A stretch of 63,720 nt of DNA, filler included, from Octopus bimaculoides (taxonomy: Eukaryota): NCBI RefSeq assembly GCF_001194135.2. It is 3 parts of 3 records of this genome, joined end to end, with 100 filler letters (N's around TTAATTAATTAA, not from the genome) between each part and the next. Parts side by side here need not be neighbours in the genome. Positions count along the whole stretch, not along the records: positions 27,717 to 58,754 come from NC_068986.1; positions 58,855 to 63,720 come from NC_068983.1; 1 more part is not named here. One strand, 5' to 3'. The notes below the pieces were generated by a model. It was not told the origin of the DNA. It did not search any database and saw only the letters and a program-made list of their open reading frames with translations. Of the stretch, positions 52,268 through 63,720 are shown in pieces. The position numbers and the translations under genes are program-made. Each line of letters starts with the position of its first letter. The stretch's first letter is position 1.

Positions 52268-52895
52268 CACAGGTGTGACTGCATGGTACGATGCTTGCTT
52301 CCCGTCCTCATGTTTCTGGGTTCAGTCTTACCGCACGCCACCTGGGAAAAATGTCTTCTCCTACCTTCTCGGGCCGACTAAACGTTTGATATTGGTAATT
52401 GGAAACTCAAAGAAGCTCGTCGCATGCATATATATATNNNNNNNNNNNNNNNNNNNNNNNNNNNNNNNNNNNNNNNNNNNNNNNNNNNNNNNNNNNNNNN
52501 NNNNNNNNNNNNNNNNNNNNNNNNNNNNNNNNNNNNNNNNNNNNNNNNNNNNNNNNNNNNNNNNNNNNNNNNNNNNNNNNNNNNNNNNNNNNNNNNNNNN
52601 NNNNNNNNNNNNNNNNNNNNNNNNNNNATATATATGCGTGTGTGTGCATGTGTGTATGTGCGTGTGTGTGTGTGTGTACACATACTCTTGAGTCGATGTT
52701 TGTTTCCCACCACCGCTTGACAACTGGTGTATTGTGTTTACGTCCCTATAACTTGGCGGCTCACCAAAATGACCGATTAAATAACCACGAGGCTTAAAAT
52801 GTACGTATTGGTGTCATTTCTTTTGACTAAAACTTCTTAAAGGCGGTGTCTCAACTTGGCCGCAATATAATAGCTGAGACAATTAAAAGAAAAGA
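52268..52895 (+). mobile_element. diverged family A SINE spanning a gap
   Basis: gtgtgactgcatggtacgatgcttgcttccc...gggttcagtc head; ccgcttgacaactggtg...tttacgtccctataact body; aaagaaaag tail. Confidence 0.75.
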
Positions 52896-53304
52896 AAGTA
52901 AAAGTAAAAGAATATAATCATATGCATTCTAAGCAAGACAGTATTCTATTTGTTTTAGGTACAATCTATCAAAGGCTGCGTTACGTAGTGTGACTTTTAT
53001 GATTAAGACTGCATGGGGAGTTGTTTGACAATTGTACTTCATGCCTTAGGTTGACCGACACCATTTTTCATAAATCGATTACAAAAACGAAAATAGTTAC
53101 TATTTAGCTACAATGAACATCAGTAGTCTTTTATTAAATGCCGTCAGTTATATTACTTCAATTTTCAGTGGCGTGCAACAGTCTGGAATGGACAATGTCT
53201 CTTTTACGATTTTCAATTAGGCTAATGGAAATAGCAGCAATACACAAATATTCGTATATGTTTGTTGTATGCCACTATAAGCATTATTTACACATACACA
53301 CACA

Positions 53305-53370
<66 letters not shown>

Positions 53371-53804
53371 TACAAACACAGTCACACACATACATATATG
53401 CACACACACACGCGCACACAAAATGAACACACATATATGTAAACATAAACAGATGACTGAATAATTCATAGTGAATTAGGTGAATGCGAAGACGTAGGTA
53501 TACATAAATATTGTACGTTCAGCAGCGAAATTGAAATTTCCATCAGTAATGATTAATAGATTTCCAAATTTTTGGTAAAATCGTTTAAGTTACGAGCGTT
53601 GATGATTGATTTGAATTTTCGATGCTGATTCGACACCCTCACAAATAAATTTACATCAGGCCAAAATGTTACAATAAACTACGTAAATTTTACATCTAAG
53701 TCTATATTAATTATTAGGGAAATACTTAGCATCGCACTCTTAATATATATTGGGCACTTATTTGCTTGATTGATTTTATCGTGCTCTCATCATATTAGGC
53801 TCAA

Positions 53805-53982
53805 ATTTTGGCACAAGTCTACAAGTTCGGGGAATGGGACAAGAAGATTACAACGACCCAACTCCCTCCTCTGGATATATGGCGAAGCTAACTTTCGCAG
53901 CATTAGAATTTAGAATTTAAAGACGGACGAAATGCCGCTAATCACTTTTCTCGGCATGCTAACGTTTCTGCCAGCTTGCCGT
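53805..53982 (-). mobile_element. diverged family B SINE with internal deletion
   Basis: caaattttggcacaag tail and gacggacgaaatgccgcta...gctaacgtttctgccagc head. Confidence 0.7.
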
Positions 53983-54273
53983 ATTCATGCTTTATATTAC
54001 ATTTATTAATTTATTATACTTCTTTATGCACGTTATAGCCTGTATATTGTAAATCTTTTGGTCATACATTTCCTGCAACACCAATGTTTGTGGCAAGTGA
54101 GGACCACATATGGTTAACGTAACCTCAATGCTCAATTAGTAGATACTTTATGCAACTTGAGAGTGTTTATGTTAAATTCAATCCCGCTGTGATCTAAACG
54201 GCGGATGTAGTGAACCCCAACTAAACGTATTTTATTCGACGGTTTTCCACTCTGCCATACAATCCTTGTATTT

Positions 54274-54735
54274 ATTTCTTTATTGCCCACAAGGGGCTAA
54301 ACATAGCGGGTACAAACAAGGACGAAGAGATTAAGTCGATTGCATCGACGCCAGTGCGTAAATGGTCATTGTTTAATCGAAAGGATGAAAGGCGAAGTCG
54401 ACCTCGGCGGAATTTGAACTCAGAAAGTAACGGCGGAAGAAATACTGCTAAACATTTCAACCGGCGTGCTAACGATTCTGCCAGCTCACCGCCCTATACA
54501 ATCCTTGTATTTATTACCCACAAGGATCTAAACATAGAGGGGACAAACAAGGAGAGACAAAGGGATTAAGTCGATGACATCGACGCCAGTGCGTAACTGG
54601 TACTTATTTAATCGACCCCGAAAAGAGGAAAGGCAAATCCCACCTCGGCGGAATTTGAACTGAGAACGTAACGGCAGAAGAGATGTCGCTAAACATTTCG
54701 CCCGACGTGCAAACGATTCTGCCACCTCAGCGTCC
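54274..54735 (-). mobile_element. head-to-tail pair of family B SINEs separated and flanked by the same ~17-bp target sequence
   Basis: atacaatcc(t/tg)gtatt at 54257, 54496 and 54737; SINEs at 54274-54493 and 54513-54735. Confidence 0.88.
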
Positions 54736-55905
54736 AATACAATCCTGGTATTATCAACGCGATATAGAGTAATAATGAATTGGGTTAATTCCAATTTTTA
54801 TCTGTATGTTACAAATTTCGGTAATGGGATCATTATTCAACAAGAAATAAACATGTTTTGATCTAAAAGGAGTGAATAAGTGGCTCCAATTCTACTGCAA
54901 TAACAGAATTTCATCCTCCTCACCTTAACCCAAACATGATTGACAACTTTTAAATGAATGCTTATTGCCAGGTTTAGAATTAGTAATATTTTTAGCTTCT
55001 GGAGAGTTAACAAGAAATTAATTTGCTCGTATTTAAATGACAACAAGAATATTACACCACACTTCATCACTCATTGTTTCAAAACTTTTAACCCATTAAA
55101 CATCAGGTATGCATTTCGCGCCCTTGCTTCATCTTTTGTAATTAATGGTCTCTATCTATCTCTATAAAGTTGACACCAGTTGACACCCTGCTATGTAAAA
55201 CCCTCAAACAATGCATCAAATACTTTTCAACATTTATTTCTCAGACCTTCCAATATCAGAAGATATTCTCCACTGACTTTTATTTTTGGTCAAACAAATA
55301 ATTAAAAAATAAAAAAAGAAATGCATATCACATTCGTGGACATTGTTAGTACTGTAGAAGCTGAAATAGTCTTGGCCCCACTACATGAAAAGCTAATTAC
55401 AGAATAACAATTCTACCAGGGTCGATAATAACTTTTATCATTTCAGAATAGATGAAATAATTATCCAGTATTTACTAGGGGGAATTATATATATTAGGGT
55501 CGATTAATTTGTGGCGATATGCCAATGTAAGAAATCAATAACATAGAGACTAATGATATATTTTGGAATCTTTACATAATTTGTTGCATTCATAATATTC
55601 TTAATTATCGATGCTCACAGTGCAGACATTAGTGAAAGACTATTAAGTGCGCTCCGTACTAATTAAAACTTATACACTTAAACGTCTGGTATATTGATTG
55701 TTTCAGAATACATATTTGTGTCAAGAGACATTAAGTTACATGCATACATATGAGTGTGAGTGTATGCATATATATAAATGTGTGTGTGTGTGTGGACGTG
55801 TCAATATATGTGTAGATGCGTATGTGTACTCACGCATAATTACACACACGCACGCACACACAGACACACACAGACACATACACACACAGACAGATACACA
55901 CACAC

Positions 55906-55946
<41 letters not shown>

Positions 55947-56115
55947 NNNNNNNNNNNNNNNNNNNNNNNNNNNNNNNNNNNNNNNNNNNNNNNNNNNNNN
56001 NNNNNNNNNNNNNNNNNNNNNNNNNNNNNNNNNNNNNNNNNNNNNNNNNNNNNNNNNNNNNNNNNNNNNNNNNNNNNNNNNNNNNNNNNNNNNNNNNNNN
56101 NNNNATATATACATC

Positions 56116-56146
<31 letters not shown>

Positions 56147-57370
56147 GGTGTAAGTTGCATAAGATTTTCTTTTCTCTGAATCACCCACTTCACCATAAAC
56201 TCCAGATTAAAATTTCTTATCAGTTTTCTTTATAGATCTGCTTTAGGAAACAATTACCGTATAAGAAATTTTAACATCGAATACCACCTATTTTTTATTT
56301 TTTATTTTTACAGTATGCGAATATTGTGCGGTTTCTTTCTTTGCGGCATGTTTTCAATATCAGTTTTGCACGCAAACACATACACTCATGCATGCCATAA
56401 CTTACTCTCTTATTTCACTTTGTCAAGCACTCACATTTATATAGAAAGACACATTAACTCAAACAATAAATCAGAATTTAAACTAATACATTTTATGCTG
56501 AAATATATACAATTTCTGAAGAACTATTTCTGTTAGTTATTGCAAAGCAATGTTTGAAAACGCCAACAATAGCACTTAATAAACGTCGCAGGTTTCTTTA
56601 TACACGATTAAAAAACAAAAAAAAAAACATCAAAACTGTGCGAGTGGCCGTATAAGGAGGAATTTCAATGCAAAAGTGGATTCACAAAACAAAAGCAATT
56701 GCTGGTGTTCTCAAACTGGGATGGATAATTCAGAAATTCCGGAAAGTAAATGATTATGACCCTCATTCTAAGGATTGCTCTATACTATAGAAACTATGAT
56801 ACACCTTCTAAAATCTAGAACCTTCTAATAATTTTACCTCTCTACACGTTTTTTAACAGTTGCATTCCATATTTTTAGTTTCAACCGCTCAACTATTTAC
56901 TGTATTTGCTTTATATATGCAGCAACTAGTGTTTCTCATAAGAAGACGATAATTGTCTGGTGAGTAATAGAGTAAGGTAGTTCGTCGTGTTGTAGAGTTT
57001 GCTCCTATATATCTCATGTGTTTTCTTTATTCATCTTTTTCACACGATTTTATTTTTCACATTTGTTGAGCATGAGCGAAAGCCTTTTTGCTTGAGTTGA
57101 TTATTTGTTGTACGTGAACATAAGGACGGAATCAGAGGAAAAGCAGGAATAAATGAATAAAGGAAGTAATCGCTTTAAATGTTGGAAAAAAGGTTCGCAA
57201 TTTTAGGGTAGATAAGTTATATATGGTATCGATCTCGACGCTAAACAAGGTAGATTATTTCATCGAGCTTGAAAATATTCAGACAGAATTGATTTTGGCG
57301 TGATTTGAAATCGAACCTAAAAGTGCCAAAAGAAAAGCTGCTTTGACTTTTGAACTATGCGTTAAATATT

Positions 57371-57581
57371 CTTTTCTACTCTAGGCACACGACCCGAAAT
57401 TTTGTGGGAGGGGTCAGTCGATTAGATCGACCCATTACGCAACTGGTACTTAATTTATCGACCCCGAAATGATGAAAGGCAAAGCCATCTTCGGCGAAAT
57501 TTGTACTCAGAACACTTAGACATGAAATACAGCTAAGCATTTCGCCAGGCGCACTAAAATTTCTGCCAGCTCAGCGCCTTC
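57371..57581 (-). mobile_element. family B SINE with 17-bp TSD
   Basis: actatgcgttaaatatt (57354-57370) and actacgcgttaaatatt (57582-57598). Confidence 0.88.
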
Positions 57582-57940
57582 ACTACGCGTTAAATATTAT
57601 GCTAGTATCCCTGTAAAAAGTATGGAACAAAGTGCAAATGCAGATGACAATAAATGTGAAAATATAATGGCCGTTACATATAAAAAGAAATAAATGATAA
57701 AAAGAATACCGGTAGGAAAAAACTGAGCTAAAACGAAGTTGAGGCAGTTGTTGACTTCGGATAAGGGGAACCAGGTGTAAATGAGAAGTGGAGACGCTCT
57801 ATGTGCCACGAAGTAGGGATAAATAATCACAATAAAATTGGTATTTGTTATATACGGGACTAATATAACAATCTGTGAATTTAAAATGTTAGGGCATCAT
57901 TTTGACTGAAAAGTATTTTCAGAATTATGCGTTTTGCTAC

Positions 57941-58052
57941 GAGTAGAAGGTACCACCACACATATATAGAGTAGAAGGTACCACCACACATATATAGAGT
58001 AGAAGGTACCACCACACATATATAGAGTAGAAGGTACCACCACACATATATA
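57941..58052. repeat. minisatellite: 4 perfect copies of 28-bp gagtagaaggtaccaccacacatatata
   Basis: Units at 57941, 57969, 57997 and 58025. Confidence 0.95.
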
Positions 58053-58591
58053 GTGTAGAACATAACACAACATATAAGATATATAAGCAGATGACGTTAA
58101 CATGTGCACTTGCATACATTTATATGAATTCGAAGCAATGCATCCTAAGTTATCACGCTTTTTATCTATCCTTCTCTGCCCACAAGTGTGATCATGTCTG
58201 TGTTTGTATGTGTGTGTATTGAGAAGTCTCAGAAGCTTCCGATGAGTAATTTTCTATTAAAAACAGAAAGAAAGTACTTTCACAACGTCATCATGTATAT
58301 AAGGATAAAACCATTTTATCTTTTAATCAAAGTAAGCCACCGGTTTCAGTAGATTTCATTAACGCCATGATGTAAGAGAAGGGAATATAAATTGAAATGA
58401 ATTAAATATTTCGTGATATCAGTTTGGGATCTTCACATGCATTTCATATGAAATTCACTGATGGTTGATATTTTCCATTTGATGGCACCCTGGTGATAAC
58501 AGAAATCGAAAGGTTTTAGTAGTGTTAGACGTCTTTCCTTCGTTACTGATTTTTGTGTGGATATTTGCGTTTCATACCAAAATATCAAACA

Positions 58592-58645
<54 letters not shown>

Positions 58646-58720
58646 CTATCTATTTATTAATCTATCTATCTGTTTGTCCCTTTGTATGTCTGTTTTTCTG
58701 TCTCTCTATCTCTCTCTCCA

Positions 58721-58751
<31 letters not shown>

Positions 58752-59562
58752 GCANNNNNNNNNNNNNNNNNNNNNNNNNNNNNNNNNNNNNNNNNNNNTT
58801 AATTAATTAANNNNNNNNNNNNNNNNNNNNNNNNNNNNNNNNNNNNNNNNNNNNGTTGTTCACACATATGATGCGGAATATGAACGTAAATAAATTAATT
58901 AAAAAGTCTCTATCTGATCTGATATAAACGAAATTGTTACAAACACACATATGGACGCACATACTTACATATAAGCACGAACACATAAGTGCGTGCACAC
59001 ATATGAGTGTGCACACATACGAGCTTGCACACACTCACATGCTCATACCGAACAGTTTCGAAACAACGCCAGATCATACATTCAAAATAAATGGAAGTGG
59101 AGAGACAAGTTACTGAAGAGATTGCAAGAGTGCAATGAAATAATTTAACAAAAAACTATATAAATTAATAAAGGACTGAACCAGTGCGTGTGTTTATTAC
59201 CGGCATAATGCCTCTCCCAAGGTTTAATTGTATATATATATATATTTATATTTCTCTATTCATAATTTTATACACTCCTTATGTTTTTCTTTTGTATCAT
59301 ACAATAGATTTTAAGTGTTTTGTAGAATGTAGTTGAATCTATGTATTGTGACTTAAATTGATATATATATATACCAAATTGAATATACAACTGAAAGAGC
59401 TACCAATAATTTCATGCTATTATGATACGTGAAAACACACACACACACACACATATGTATGTATGTATGTATGTAACATATTTTTCTGCAATGTATGGAT
59501 AATTTATCCTGATCACACTATTTATTAGGATTATCACGCGTTTGAGAATTAAAAAAATTATT

Positions 59563-59615
<53 letters not shown>

Positions 59616-59956
59616 GGTTTATACATACACACATATGTATGTTACGTTTTAATATATGTCTATATGAGTTAGAGGTTAAACAACCATCATCGTTCATCGT
59701 TCNNNNNNNNNNNNNNNNNNNNNNNNNNNNNNNNNNNNNNNNNNNNNNNNNNNNNNNNNNNNNNNNNNNNNNNNNNNNNNNNNNNNNNNNNNNNNNNNNN
59801 NNNNNNNNNNNNNNNNNNNNNNNNNNNNNNNNNNNNNNNNNNNNNNNNNNNNNNNNNNNNNNNNNNNNNNNNNNNNNNNNNNNNNNNNNNNNNNNNNNNN
59901 NNNNNNNNNNNNNNNNNNNNNNNNNNNNNNNNNNNNNNNNNCCGAGAGTGTAGTAG

Positions 59957-60255
59957 GTGCTTTTACATGCCACCGGCACGAGGGCCAGTCTGGCGGTACT
60001 GGCAACGGCCACGCTCAAAATGGTGTTTTTTACGTGCCACCTGCACAGGAGCCAGTCCAGCAGCACTGGCAACGACCTCGCTCGAATGTTTTGTTCACAT
60101 GCCACCGGCACAAGTGCCAGTAAGGCAAAGCTGGTAACAATCACACTCAAATGGTGCTTTTTATGTGCCACCGGCACGGAAGCCAGACAGCTGCTCTGGC
60201 AGTGATCCCGCTCTGACGGTGCTGTTAGCGCTCCACAGGCACGGGTGCCAGTCAT
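59957..60255. repeat. about 4.5 diverged ~66-bp GC-rich tandem units, probably inside an RTE-related element
   Basis: Recurring ggtgctttta..tgccaccggcac...gccagt...ctggca units. Confidence 0.7.
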
Positions 60256-61286
60256 CATAAATATCCAATATACTACTGGATGTATACCTATGTATTTATA
60301 TCCAAGTGCTTACTATTGCAGGGTAATATCGCAATTGAATAATAGGCATGAGTGGGGGTAAGGCACAAATTTACCCAGAATTTATAAGGCAAAAAAGAAA
60401 ATGGAGAAGAATGGTTGTACATTTACAGATTTTTATTAATATGTCACATGTTGTATAAATATTAGCGCTTGCACCTATTCTTGTAGGTTCTTCAAAATAT
60501 GATTTCACTTCAGAGGATCTGTCTCTAAAAGAGACCGATATGTGACATATTAATAAAAATCTGTAAATGTTCAACCATCCAGATATCTGAGTACCTTGTT
60601 ATTTTTTCCAATATATAATTCCTGTACATCACTGCCAAACCTTCCAATATATATATATTACAGTTATGTTGAAACAGGTGATATGGGAAAGTGCAGCATT
60701 GACAAAAAAACATTTGTGGAGTAAACGATGGTCTAATTCAACTAAGCGATGTAATACGTCTGTTTGGAAGATTACAGGCGCTAACTTATCATGGATAATT
60801 GGGAGTGGGGGTGGTATGTAATTTTTAACCCACTGAAAAGCTGTCAGTGGATATACTTGCCTCTGAGGTGGTCAGTGCTGCATCTAATACGACCCTAAGT
60901 GTAGCTGACAGTCAAATGAATGGAGGTGTAATGGAGATATTGTGCGTAAATAGGTACATTCTGGAAAGGGGCTGCAATGGGAGACAGCAACAGGGAAGTG
61001 GACTGTTGAAATGATGCAGAAAGCGAAGGGTTGACATTGGATTGGTGGTTTGGCTGTAGAGTAAGAAACATAAACTGAACCTATGCAGTCACATGAGAAT
61101 ATGTAGTAATGAATTACTTGAAAAAATAAGGCCTAATTGTTTCTGCGTGGTATGTATATAGCATGTCTGTATTTTTGTATGCAGTGCAAGTTAACAGAAT
61201 ATAAGCAAATGAATGAAATAGTAGCACATGTATGGAACTGCTAATTTAACAGTAAATGTCACAATAATTATTACAGAGAGACAAAG

Positions 61287-61329
<43 letters not shown>

Positions 61330-61509
61330 ACAAATTTCTTAATGCAAGGGTAAATATGTGATTGTAAATACCTCACAACCTTGCAATTGCTGCAATAATT
61401 ATTAACTGGTAATGTAACAGTAAATGTGTATTTTTATATATATCTTGGACCTTGCCATCCCATTGGTTTTTTTTTCAAGAGTTTCACCTCTAGAATTCAC
61501 AAACATACA

Positions 61510-62150
61510 TTCAGGCATGTCAGTTATAACATATGTATATGTAGATGTGTGTGTGTGTGTATTTAATAATGTATGTAATGCGGAAATACACACACTCGCA
61601 GACACATACACACTCATAGACTCACAGACAGATATACACTCATATGCAAAATGTGATGTCATCGTGGTATAAAATGTTCTTGACATACACTCACATACAT
61701 ATACTAAGATAGCTACACAGAGACATACATTCAATGCATGTCAGTCATTACGTATGTATATGTATGTGTAGATGTGTGTGTGTGTACATTTAATAACATA
61801 CCTAACATGGAAAGACACAGACACTATGGGACACTTACACGCTCACACACTTACACACACATATAAAATGTGATGTCGTTATTGTAGTATAAAATGTCCT
61901 GTTGACAATAAAAAGATTATCTCTATGAAATGTTATATTGTTTTAATCGAAACGAAACAAAATGAAAATAATTGAAATGAAAATAAAATTCTGTATTGAC
62001 ACTGCTCAGCCCTCACTATAGTACATTTAATAACGCACCTAATGCGGAAAGACACACACTGTAAAATATACAAACTCACACATGTACATTCATAAACAGA
62101 TACACAGTCATATACAAAATGTGATGCCATCGTCGTCGTGGTTAGAATTA
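61510..62150. repeat. about 3 diverged ~220-240-bp tandem units with CA-rich cores
   Basis: atttaataa..aatgcggaaa.acaca at about 61561, 61788 and 62026; aaaatgtgatg.c at about 61649, 61866 and 62117. Confidence 0.6.
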
Positions 62151-62204
62151 AAAGTAAAACAAAATATCACTTTACAATATAGATCTTATTCTTTCACTTT
62201 TATT

Positions 62205-63076
62205 CTTCACTGTACTCGTTGCCAACCCTCACCTTACTGACAGTGTCCCTGTACATGGCTCGCACAGCTCTCACTAACCATTCATCTACCTCTAGTTTCC
62301 TCATTGACCACCAGATAAGGGATCAGTGGGCCCTGTCAAAGGCTTTCTCCATGTCAATGAAAGCCAGGTACAGAGGTTTATCCTTGGCTAGGTATTTCTC
62401 CTGCAGCTGTCTTACCAGAAATATAGCATCAGTGGTGCTTTTCCCTGGCACAAACCCAAACTGCATCTCATCTAAACTGATTCACTCCCTAATTAGTTGG
62501 GCTATGACCCTTTCCATGACCTTCATTACCTGATCCAACAACTTGATACCTCTGTAATTATTTGTATCTAAATCGTCACCTTTACTTTTGTAGCAGTTGA
62601 CTAAGGTGCTGCTACACCAGTCATTGGGTATGACTCCTTCATGTATCACCTGGTTAACAATACGGGTGACTAGGCTATAGCTGATACCGTCAGATATTTT
62701 GAGCATCTCTGCGGTGATTCCTGATGGGCTGGGGGCTTTCCCTGTCTTCATGCTCTTAATTGCTTTATCTACCATGGTACTGTCAACTAGGATAGCTGGC
62801 CCCTCTGTTGGGTCGACATTCGGCAGACTCTCTTTCTCACATTCATTTTCTTTATTGAGCAACCTTTCACAGTGGCATCTCCAAACCTCTCTCTTTGCAG
62901 CCTCGTTTAGTGCAAGCGGACCTTCATCTATACGGACACATTTCTCTCCCACGACATCATGATTCCTTCTCATACACTGTCTTGCAACATGAAATACTTC
63001 AAGTCTTTGGTCCTCATGGCACAGAACATTGGCAAAATTTTCTTATCTGCTTCCTCTCTGGCTAAATAAACCTGTC
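62205..63076 (-). mobile_element. RTE-clade LINE reverse transcriptase fragment
   Basis: KAIKSMKTGKAPSPSGITAEMLK...IPNDW...NNYRGIKLLDQVMKVMERVI...MQFGFVPGKSTTDAIFLVRQLQEKYLAK.KPLYLAFIDMEKAFDR; few stops. Confidence 0.92.
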
Positions 63077-63285
63077 TTAATCTGACAGTCCCCTGAAGGG
63101 AATAATACTACTGTTGGTTAGACCTAGGAAGCTGCACTGCTTCCTGTCGGCCTTGATACATTTCCTGTGTCTTCACATTTACAAGGGGGAGACACAGGAA
63201 ATGTGTCAAGGCCGACAGGAAGCGGTGCTGCTTCCTAGGGCTAAATAGCAGTAGTATTATTCCCTTCAGGGGACTGTCACATTAA
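63077..63285. mobile_element. 209-bp fold-back element (96-bp arms, 17-nt loop) bounded by TTAA
   Basis: 63077-63172 vs reverse complement of 63190-63285: 8 mismatches. Confidence 0.85.
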
Positions 63286-63720
63286 GTTGACAGCATACAA
63301 CTACTTCATTGTATCACTACTGCATAAATCTCTCTGAGAGATTGAGCAATGTATTATTTCTAAATTAGATTTAGTAGTTGATAAAGAGACAAATAAATTA
63401 GAAATGAACCACAATCCTTTACAGGCTATGACCCCAGTAAGCTTTGTGCTTTTCTTGGAAGTGTAGGATATTCTTAGCTACAATAGCGACAACATGGATT
63501 TCTTCTATCTTTTTGCTCTGTTAAAATATTTGAGTAAAATTATATTAATGTGTCCCACTGATTAGAATTCCATTTATTTGTGCAGCTGATGATAGCCCTG
63601 CATTTAAATTGATGTAATGATTGCATTGTTCAATTAAATGGGGCAGCTTGAAACGGCCGTACTGCATCACTTCTTGATATATCGATTATTTTGATATATA
63701 TACCTATATATATATATATA

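Noticed and set aside
59957-60255. CRISPR-like appearance
   Set aside because: Eukaryotic context, no cas genes, repeats not identical, and variable parts are homologous to each other.
60505-60545. Hammerhead-like arrangement around the gtctc-taaaa-gagac hairpin
   Set aside because: Both conserved boxes are mismatched; too degenerate to support.

Overview
Eukaryotic, AT-rich, microsatellite-saturated scaffold with many N gaps. The SINE families and repeat style resemble a coleoid cephalopod (Octopus-like) genome; this is inferred from pattern recognition, not a database hit. No intact recognisable protein gene, rRNA, tRNA gene or CRISPR array is present. Most long ORFs in the track are microsatellite or gap artefacts. 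The window is a transposon graveyard: two tRNA-derived SINE families, decayed non-LTR retrotransposons (Tx1/L1, CR1, RTE, R4/Dong, Penelope GIY-YIG), and DNA elements (hAT-Charlie-like, mariner with an internal inversion, Merlin-like MITE, several fold-back elements). The most interesting signal is a ~350-bp tandem array (8701-9510). Each complete unit carries a mutated type I hammerhead ribozyme, and a detached piece at 7861-7927 starts exactly at the predicted cleavage site with a fold-back. This is the architecture of a non-LTR retrozyme (ribozyme-processed small circular RNA element), and it lies near a Penelope endonuclease relic. Further decayed hammerheads occur at about 22.1 kb and 30.6 kb. 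A possible small spliced His/Cys-rich gene (49.7-52.1 kb) is tentatively supported by splice-site and phase concordance.
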